DNA from: an uncultured virus (IMG/VR IMGVR_UViG_2579779168_000001)
Taxonomy: Duplodnaviria > Heunggongvirae > Uroviricota > Caudoviricetes
DNA length: 64,000 bases
Virus record (IMG/VR): IMGVR_UViG_2579779168_000001
Reading direction: 5' to 3' (one strand)
The position numbers were made by a program, and so were the translations under genes. Below are positions 57,858 to 64,000 of this stretch, in pieces. The notes beneath the pieces are model-generated. The model searched no databases. It was given only the letters and a program-made list of their open reading frames with translations, and was not told the origin of the DNA. Each line of letters opens with the position of its first letter. Positions within the stretch are counted from its first letter, which is position 1.

Positions 57858-58088
57858 TCAGGCGACCTCTCTCGCAGGAGCGAACTTCTGGGATCGCAAT
57901 TGGCGGAAGAGCGGGTAATCGACCCCGCTGATGCCGTGCTCGGGCGCCGCCTCAATGAGCAGTCCCCAGTACTCCGCAGGGATCGAGCCTCGCGTCTTCA
58001 TGACGCGGACATGGCTCTCCTTCACGCCGAGAAGCTCGGCGACCACCTTCACGCCAAAGGCGTCGATCACGGATGCGAAGCTGTGCAT
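57858..58088 (-). CDS. cro: Cro-like repressor
   Basis: VIDAFG..VAELLGV...MKTRGSIPAEYW; divergent from cI. Confidence 0.85.
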   Translation of the reverse strand: MHSFASVIDAFGVKVVAELLGVKESHVRVMKTRGSIPAEYWGLLIEAAPEHGISGVDYPLFRQLRSQKFAPAREVA

Positions 58089-58092
58089 ATCC

Positions 58093-58161
58093 GTATCGCT
58101 ACACTAAGTAGCGATACTGGTCAATGCGGCACGTAGCGATATGGGCGCTACATTCTGTAGC
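58093..58161. promoter_or_regulatory. OR operators and PR promoter
   Basis: Palindrome GTATCGCTAC-N5-GTAGCGATAC (58093-58117) plus further half-sites; TTGACC-N17-TAGCGA on the - strand. Confidence 0.85.
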
Positions 58162-58917
58162 ATGACCGACGACCGCATTCGAAAAGTTCAGGGGCAGCGG
58201 CTCGCTGAAGCTCGCCTCAAAGCGGGGTGGCGCTCGTCACGAGCAGCGGCGATTGAAAATGGTTGGGCAGAGTCCAGCTATCGCGCCCACGAAAACGGCA
58301 GCCGGACGATCGGCCAGAACGACGCCGAGACTTATGCGCGACGCTTTCGCGCTGCCGGAGTAAGCATCACCGCTCAAGAAATCCTGTTTGGTCCTAGTGC
58401 GGACGCTTCCCAGGATGACGCCTCTAAGCCCGACGAGCTCATCGTAGCCGGCGCGCGCATCCCTCTCTCTGATCGAGCCCTGCGCGGCGGCGCTCGTGAC
58501 CTGCCAGTACCCGGAATCGCCCTTGGAGGTTCGGAGGAGGAAGGCGATTTTCAGCTCAATGGCGAGGTCCAGTACTTCTTGGACCGGCCTGCCGGGCTCG
58601 TTGGACGGAAGCGAGCATTTGCCGTCGTCATTCGGAACGACAGCATGATCCATTCCTATAGGCCGAGCTGGCCGATCTTCGTGGATCCTGATGGGCGCCA
58701 GCCTGTCGCAGGCGTCGATGATGTCTTGATCGAACTCTATTCCGAGGAAGAGGGTCGGGCCGGACCGGCGTTTGTGAAGAAGCTCGTCTCGCGACGTGGC
58801 AGCGAGGTTGTTCTGTGGCAACAGAACCCCGAGAAGGAGATCCGCTTTCCTATTGATCGGGTGAAGCAAATTCTCCGTGTTATCCCCTACCCCGAGGCTA
58901 TGGGGTTGTCTGTGTGA
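58162..58917 (+). CDS. cI: CI-like repressor (HTH plus S24 autopeptidase)
   Basis: RLAEAR...SYRAHENG HTH; NDSM (Ser) and FVKKL (Lys); alternative start at 58141. Confidence 0.92.
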   Translation: MTDDRIRKVQGQRLAEARLKAGWRSSRAAAIENGWAESSYRAHENGSRTIGQNDAETYARRFRAAGVSITAQEILFGPSADASQDDASKPDELIVAGARIPLSDRALRGGARDLPVPGIALGGSEEEGDFQLNGEVQYFLDRPAGLVGRKRAFAVVIRNDSMIHSYRPSWPIFVDPDGRQPVAGVDDVLIELYSEEEGRAGPAFVKKLVSRRGSEVVLWQQNPEKEIRFPIDRVKQILRVIPYPEAMGLSV

Positions 58918-58967
58918 CTGACAGCCTCCACCGCCTCTAACTCGCGCTCGATCTTGGGGAGCGCTGG

Positions 58968-59273
58968 CTATGACAGCCCGGTCCTCCCGCAATCGAACTC
59001 GCGCAGAGCGGCTTCGATCTCGCGAAGTTTGATATCTGACGGCGGCGCCAGAATTTGGCTGTTCGCTCCGCCAACAGTCCCGCACATCGGCATGACGCTA
59101 GCATCCTCGTCTAGGCCGTACTCTTCAAATTCAAACTGCATCTCGGGGAATTCGCGGCGCAGGTACGCTTCGATCCGCTCGCGCGCCCCATTGAACGCGC
59201 GCTCCTTGCCGAGTGGCGGGAACACGACGATCTGCTTCGTCTCGGGCAATCCTTCATGCCACGGTTTCATCAC
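58968..59273 (-). CDS. Hypothetical protein in a LexA-boxed two-gene operon
   Basis: GTGA overlap with the upstream gene. Confidence 0.7.
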   Translation of the reverse strand: MMKPWHEGLPETKQIVVFPPLGKERAFNGARERIEAYLRREFPEMQFEFEEYGLDEDASVMPMCGTVGGANSQILAPPSDIKLREIEAALREFDCGRTGLS

Positions 59274-59512
59274 TCACCTCGCTTGATTGGATAGACGCTG
59301 ACGTTTTTGCCGAGGCCGCCACGGTCGCGGCAGACGGCGCAATGCAGTTTGTCGTGCAGCCCAATCAGGCTGAAGACGCCGTTTGCTATGTGCCGTCGGA
59401 TCTCACCAGGCGGCATTCGCTTGGTGCGGCCACAGTCCTCACACCTGATGTCGATCGCTCGAAATAGCGATAATTCCGGCCGCAACGGCCCCTCTTCCGC
59501 CCATAGGCTCAT
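59270..59512 (-). CDS. Zn-ribbon protein
   Basis: CEDCG...CAVC. Confidence 0.75.
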   Translation of the reverse strand: MSLWAEEGPLRPELSLFRAIDIRCEDCGRTKRMPPGEIRRHIANGVFSLIGLHDKLHCAVCRDRGGLGKNVSVYPIKRGE

Positions 59513-59531
59513 CTCGACGCCACCCAGTTTT

Positions 59532-59546
59532 GTTCTCGTTGCGTTC
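59532..59546. promoter_or_regulatory. Alphaproteobacterial LexA box
   Basis: GTTC-TCGTTGC-GTTC, 20 bp upstream of the 59512 start. Confidence 0.75.
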
Positions 59547-59628
59547 CCATTGAAGCCAGACGCGCCGCCATGAGTCGAGTCGAGTTTTCGCGCTACTGAC
59601 GCGCGCTGTCAGGAAACGCCTAATCAGG

Positions 59629-59674
59629 ATCGCTACATGGCGTGTTGACATAGATCGCTACTTCATGTAGCGAT
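59629..59674 (+). promoter_or_regulatory. OL operator and PL promoter
   Basis: TTGACA(59645)-N17-TAGCGA overlapped by ATCGCTAC-N5-GTAGCGAT; extra half-site at 59629. Confidence 0.85.
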
Positions 59675-59710
59675 ACTTCCATCAGCCAACCGGCGATGGG
59701 GATCGACGCA

Positions 59711-60049
59711 ATGGCCTACAGCCACACAATCTACGTCAACATCGGCAGCGCGGAGATCGCGCTCGATGTCAGCTACACGGTGACGCCGGGCTTTGCCGGC
59801 GACCGTGTTGACCCGCCCTACCCGGCTGAGGCGAGCGTCTCCAAAGTCGAGGCGATCATCGAGACTTGGCGCTTCGGCAAGAAGACGACCGAGCGCAAGC
59901 CGGTCGAGGGCTGGCTGTTCAATCTCATCGCCAGCGACGCCGAGATCAACGCTGACCTGCTCAGCGAGGCCGGCGAGGAAGATGATTACCGCGCGGACGA
60001 AGCGGCTGAGATGCGCCGTGAAGACCTTCGCATGCAGGCGGCGGAATGA
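59711..60049 (+). CDS. Early hypothetical protein
   Basis: First ORF after PL. Confidence 0.7.
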   Translation: MAYSHTIYVNIGSAEIALDVSYTVTPGFAGDRVDPPYPAEASVSKVEAIIETWRFGKKTTERKPVEGWLFNLIASDAEINADLLSEAGEEDDYRADEAAEMRREDLRMQAAE

Positions 60050-60285
60050 CGGCCGTGAAGCACGCCACCCGCGAGCGCAAAGAGCGCTTTCTCCGCAGCT
60101 TCGACGCTTACAAGGGCCCGTTGCGCACGGCAATCACCGCGATCAGCGAGCGCATTTATCGCGACGGCCTTGACTGGCTGTCCGACGAGCAACTGACCGA
60201 GATCACGTCGGATGTCGCCGAGAACGCGATGTCCGCCAACCGCCGCATGGTTCGAAACCGCGCAATCCTCCGGAGGGCTTCCTAA
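60046..60285 (+). CDS. Early hypothetical protein
   Basis: ATGA overlap. Confidence 0.65.
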   Translation: MTAVKHATRERKERFLRSFDAYKGPLRTAITAISERIYRDGLDWLSDEQLTEITSDVAENAMSANRRMVRNRAILRRAS

Positions 60286-60539
60286 TGCCCCGTTTTCCGA
60301 CGCCGACCGAGCCCGGCCACTACTGGGCGAAACTCGTCCATCCAACCCGCATGCCGGAAGGCGAGGATTGGGCCTCCGTCGATTGGGAAGTGGTCCAGGT
60401 TTTCGAAAACTGCCTGGACCGCGACGGCCCCGAATATCTCGGCGTGCACGTCCCTGGCGTGAAATTCGTCCAGTGGGTTCCCGATTTTGTCTGGGGTCCG
60501 GCTGTTCCGGTTCCTTCCGATCTTCGGAGGGCTTCGTGA
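60285..60539 (+). CDS. Early hypothetical protein
   Basis: TAATG overlap; PTEPGHYWAK. Confidence 0.7.
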   Translation: MPRFPTPTEPGHYWAKLVHPTRMPEGEDWASVDWEVVQVFENCLDRDGPEYLGVHVPGVKFVQWVPDFVWGPAVPVPSDLRRAS

Positions 60540-60781
60540 TGTCCAACGCCGCCCGCGAATACGAATACTGGCTCCGCGCCGCTCACCTGGACACGAAACG
60601 CTGGGAAGCCGAGCGCTCGCCTGCGGCTCAGTCCCTCTACCTGAACCTCGTCGTGTCTTCGCTGACGCGGGCTCTGGTCAGCGCCAACAAGCTGAACGAC
60701 CGCGACCGCCGCGCCTACTGCATGCGCAATCTCGGCCGCGCTCGCGCCCTCCTCAACCGCATTGAACGGAGCGCAGCATGA
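60539..60781 (+). CDS. Early hypothetical protein
   Basis: TGATG overlap. Confidence 0.6.
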   Translation: MSNAAREYEYWLRAAHLDTKRWEAERSPAAQSLYLNLVVSSLTRALVSANKLNDRDRRAYCMRNLGRARALLNRIERSAA

Positions 60782-61092
60782 GCACGCGGGTTCTCCACAT
60801 CCCGGCAAAAAGCCTGAGCGAGGCGCGCATGGTTGCGCATGCTGTCGAGGCCGGTCGCGTGCCCTGCCTCAAGCAGTATCTCGACGAAGCCCGCGCGAAG
60901 GCATCGGCCGCTTCCCTGACCGAGCTTCACCGCGTCCCGTACACCGTGATCCCGATCATCATGGTTGATGGGTTGACCGACGACGGCCGGATCAAGATCG
61001 CACGTGTCGCCAATACGGCCGGGCAGGCAGTGGCCGCCCTTCTCCTCGTCATCGGCGGCTCCTTCCTCGTCGGATGGGGAAGCCTGCTGTGA
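60778..61092 (+). CDS. Early protein with a C-terminal TM helix
   Basis: ATGA overlap; hydrophobic tail. Confidence 0.65.
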   Translation: MSTRVLHIPAKSLSEARMVAHAVEAGRVPCLKQYLDEARAKASAASLTELHRVPYTVIPIIMVDGLTDDGRIKIARVANTAGQAVAALLLVIGGSFLVGWGSLL

Positions 61093-61215
61093 CGCGCATT
61101 TCACGCCTTGCTGGGGAGGCGGCGCAGGCCGCCGTTCCCCCTTCGCCCGGCCCGCTCTCGATGGTCGAGAACCGGGATGGTGTCCGCCTCTCCAGCAAAC
61201 CCAGGGGAGATCGCG

Positions 61216-61404
61216 ATGCAGCCTGAACCGCTGTTCCAGGCGTTCGATGCCGGTTGGCTGATCATCGGCGGCGCTGTGCTGCTGATCGGCGCCCTCTGGT
61301 GGGACATCAACCGCAGCGATGAGCCCGTTCACGACGATGAGGACTGGGATGTCGAGCCCCGCCGGCACGACCCGGAAGCCGACGCCCGGAACTGGCCATT
61401 CTGA
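61216..61404 (+). CDS. Small membrane protein
   Basis: GGGGAG RBS; WLIIGGAVLLIGALWW. Confidence 0.55.
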   Translation: MQPEPLFQAFDAGWLIIGGAVLLIGALWWDINRSDEPVHDDEDWDVEPRRHDPEADARNWPF

Positions 61405-61436
61405 ACCAAAACCCAACTCAAGCAGGAACAAGATCC

Positions 61437-62252
61437 ATGGCACAGGAATGGCTTGAAGACGCCAACGGCAACCGCTGTTCGGTCGAGTATTTCGGCTCCC
61501 GCGAGGAAGCGCAGAAGGCTCTCGATAGCCTCGAAAACTGCGAGAATTGCGCCAACTGCTCGCGCTGCTCGGGCTGCTCGGACTGCTCGGACTGCTCGNN
61601 NNNNNNNNNNNNNNNNNNNNNNNNNNNNNNNNNNNNNNNNNNNNNNNNNNNNNNNNNNNNNNNNNNNNNNNNNNNNNNNNNNNNNNNNNNNNNNNNNNNN
61701 NNNNNNNNNNNNNNNNNNNNNNNNNNNNNNNNNNNNNNNNNNNNNNNNNNNNNNNNNNGCTCGCGCTGCTCGCGCTGCTCGGGCTGCTCGCGCTGCTCGG
61801 GCTGCTCGGACTGCTCGGGCTGCTCGGACTGCTCGCGCTGCTCGGGCTGCTCGCATGTCGCCTTCCTCTGGAACAAGAAGGACGAGAAGGGCGACCCGAG
61901 CGCCGACATCCCGGCCGGACCGCCGCAGGTTCCTGTCATCGAGAATATCCACCAGAAGGTGTTCGAGGCCGCTTCGGCGCCCGGCGCGCTGCGCATGAGC
62001 TCGTGGCACACCTGCGGCACGACGCACTGCCGAGCCGGCTGGGTCGTTCATCTTGCAGGCGACGCTGGTTATGCGCTGGAGCGGTTTTTCAACACCGAGC
62101 TCGCGGCGATGAAGATTTACGACGCGAGCAGCGATCTTCCCAAGGTCTCGCCCGTCCACTTCTACGACGGCAACGAAGCCGCCCTCGCCGACATGAAGCG
62201 CATGGCGGATCTGGAAGCGGCCGCCAACGCGCCAGAGCCGCAGGCGGCCTGA
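61437..62252 (+). CDS. Cys-rich (CSx)n repeat protein with a WHxCGTTHCxAGW C-terminal domain; spans an assembly gap
   Basis: Repeat translation on both sides of the N-run 61599-61758. Confidence 0.8.
   Translation: MAQEWLEDANGNRCSVEYFGSREEAQKALDSLENCENCANCSRCSGCSDCSDCSXXXXXXXXXXXXXXXXXXXXXXXXXXXXXXXXXXXXXXXXXXXXXXXXXXXXXXSRCSRCSGCSRCSGCSDCSGCSDCSRCSGCSHVAFLWNKKDEKGDPSADIPAGPPQVPVIENIHQKVFEAASAPGALRMSSWHTCGTTHCRAGWVVHLAGDAGYALERFFNTELAAMKIYDASSDLPKVSPVHFYDGNEAALADMKRMADLEAAANAPEPQAA
61557..61853 (+). repeat. 9-bp tandem repeat TGCTCG(CGC/GGC/GAC)
   Basis: Directly visible; interrupted by 160 N. Confidence 0.92.
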
Positions 62253-62413
62253 TGCCAACCCGGCGCGCCTCCGATGGTTCGTTGAGGCGCGCCACCCTCG
62301 CAGTCCACATGCGGCTCCAAGCCGAAACGGAAGCCCGCAAGGCCGGGCTGCAAATCACAGCCTGGCGCGACGGCAAGCCGGTCGTCCGCCTCCCGATGAG
62401 GAAGCCGAAATGA
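62252..62413 (+). CDS. Small hypothetical protein
   Basis: Overlaps both neighbouring genes. Confidence 0.5.
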   Translation: MPTRRASDGSLRRATLAVHMRLQAETEARKAGLQITAWRDGKPVVRLPMRKPK

Positions 62414-63354
62414 CCGAAGCCGCGCTGAAAGAGGATTTCTCATACTGGAAGGCGCAGTTGGCCGGCCAGAACCCCGAACTGACCGACAAGCTGCCGCGTT
62501 GCGGCTGCTATCGGTACCGCGGCGATCCGGTCCTGATCCGCGTCGTCGACGGGACCATGTTCGCCTGGATTGGCCGCAAAGGTCAGCAGACGCGCCGGCT
62601 GGCTGACGCCTCGTTCGCGGAGACGACCTTCTCGTTCTTCTGCCGCGACGCCATCAGCTCAGACCTCTACGACGCCGTCGCCAACAAGAACCAGCCGTGG
62701 CCGGAGGACATCGAGAGCCTCGACGACGCCCGCTCCAACTTTCCGACCGATCCGTTCGAAGCGCTGATCGCAGAGCTCGATCTGATCGAGTTGAAGATCG
62801 CCGAGTTTTTCAAGACGCCGGTCCTTGCCGGAGACGATGTCCGCGCCCTTCAGGCCGACAAGTGGAAGGAACGAGCGCGCGAACTCTCCGGCAAGATCGA
62901 GGACATGCGGGTCGCGGCGAAAAAGCCGATCGATCAGCAGGCCAAGGAGATCCAGAAGAAGTTCGTTCCGCCGCGCGACCGCGCCGATGCCTTGGTCTCC
63001 AAGGTCAATACCGGAATGTCGGTCTATTCCCTGGCGAAGAAGCGGGCTGTCGAGGCGCAGGAAGCCGCTGATCGCGCGGCGCGGGTAAAAGCTGCCGCTG
63101 CCATGGGCGAAGCCGCCCCGGTTGAGCAGGCGCCCGTGCGCGGCCGCAGCAAGGTCGCCACCAACAGCACGACCGTCCGGACGCGCAAGGTGGCCGTCAT
63201 CAATGATCTGCCCGCCGCGGCAGCTTTCTATGCGGCCCTCCCCGAGCCCCCGGTCCAGTTCGTGACGGTCATCAAGCAGATGGCCGAGCAGAACCTAAAA
63301 ACCGGCGTCGCCGTGCCGGGCTGCGAACTGAAAACCCTCGAATACGTCGCCTGA
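62410..63354 (+). CDS. Phage coiled-coil protein of the recombination module
   Basis: RVAAKKP...IQKKF coiled coil; C-terminal AVPG; directly before Bet. Confidence 0.75.
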   Translation: MTEAALKEDFSYWKAQLAGQNPELTDKLPRCGCYRYRGDPVLIRVVDGTMFAWIGRKGQQTRRLADASFAETTFSFFCRDAISSDLYDAVANKNQPWPEDIESLDDARSNFPTDPFEALIAELDLIELKIAEFFKTPVLAGDDVRALQADKWKERARELSGKIEDMRVAAKKPIDQQAKEIQKKFVPPRDRADALVSKVNTGMSVYSLAKKRAVEAQEAADRAARVKAAAAMGEAAPVEQAPVRGRSKVATNSTTVRTRKVAVINDLPAAAAFYAALPEPPVQFVTVIKQMAEQNLKTGVAVPGCELKTLEYVA

Positions 63355-63363
63355 GAGGCCATC

Positions 63364-64000
63364 ATGAACGCCATTGCCAAAATCGAGCCGCGCAAGTCCG
63401 TCATCGCCACCCTTGCCGATTCCTACGGGATGGAGGCGCAGGCCTTCGAGGCGACCTTGAGGGGTACGGTGTTCCCGGCATCGGGGACGCGCGAGGAATT
63501 CGCCGCCTTTGTGCTCGTCGCGAAGGAATACCGGCTGAACCCGCTTCTGCGCGAGATCTATGCCTTCCCGAAGAAGGGCGGCGGCATCGTTCCGATCGTC
63601 GGCATCGACGGCTGGCTGAACCTTATCAATGGCCACCAGCAGTTCGACGGCATGGAATTCGACCAGCACGACGACGAGAAGGGCGCTCTGATCGCGGTCA
63701 CCTGCCGCATCTTCCGCAAGGATCGGTCCCATCCGACGGTGGTGACCGAGTATCTCGAGGAGTGCATTCGGGGCACCGAGCCCTGGAAGATGAAGCGCCG
63801 GATGCTACGCCACAAGGCGGCCATGCAGTGCGCCCGCTATGCCTTCGGCTTCAGCGGCATCTACGACGAGGACGAAGCCGCCGATATCGCCCAGGTGCGC
63901 GAAGTTGGCGGGGGCTCGCTTCCAACCGCGCCGCCGCCCCCTCCTTCTGACGATGAACTCAATTCGGCTTTGAACGTTGAGGATGCAGTCGTCGTTTCCG
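63364..64000 (+). CDS. bet: Phage recombination protein Bet/RecT (runs off the window)
   Basis: Own translation: EYRLNPLLREIYAFP..GGIVPIVGIDGW...HPTVVTEYLEEC...RMLRHKAAMQCARYAFGFSGIYDEDE. Confidence 0.93.
   Translation, partial: MNAIAKIEPRKSVIATLADSYGMEAQAFEATLRGTVFPASGTREEFAAFVLVAKEYRLNPLLREIYAFPKKGGGIVPIVGIDGWLNLINGHQQFDGMEFDQHDDEKGALIAVTCRIFRKDRSHPTVVTEYLEECIRGTEPWKMKRRMLRHKAAMQCARYAFGFSGIYDEDEAADIAQVREVGGGSLPTAPPPPPSDDELNSALNVEDAVVVS

Larger units (their letters stand above)
3220..64000. mobile_element. Temperate prophage with a contractile tail (myovirus-type); right end outside the window
   Basis: Complete terminase-portal-head-sheath-baseplate-lysis module, replication genes, cI/cro switch and Bet. 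Confidence 0.95.

Noticed and set aside
61557..61853. CRISPR array, or the alternative-frame ORFs (LLGLLG, ARAARA, EQSEQP)
   Set aside because: It is a 9-bp coding tandem repeat with no spacers and no cas genes; other frames stay open only because the repeat lacks stop codons

Overview
This window is almost entirely prophage in a GC-rich alphaproteobacterial (Hyphomicrobiales-like) genome. Bases ~3220-64000 are a large, apparently intact temperate myovirus-type prophage. Its left end is the 3' half of tRNA-Asp (att core) and its right end lies beyond the window. From left to right it carries: distal early genes (+); a LexA-boxed SOS/stress accessory block (SRAP, Zn-ribbon proteins, ATP-dependent ligase, PRC-barrel); a suhB/MmgR-like sRNA; lysis genes; an O-acyltransferase moron; tail, baseplate, head and terminase genes (-); a structured late-leader RNA; a low-GC moron (lipoprotein, Tat metalloprotease, trypsin-like protease, AlbA_2/Schlafen protein); replication genes; a cro/cI switch with clear operators; and the early operon up to a Bet recombinase. 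Bases 1-3219 are a collapsed remnant of a related older prophage at the same tRNA, in which a methyltransferase moron is the only clearly intact gene. The highlights are the exported-protease/Schlafen moron, an Acb1-like 2H phosphodiesterase fused to the putative prohead protease, a non-cleavable LexA-like protein together with LexA-boxed phage operons, and a (Cys-Ser-X)n repeat protein. All family assignments come from motif recognition by eye; no database searches were run.
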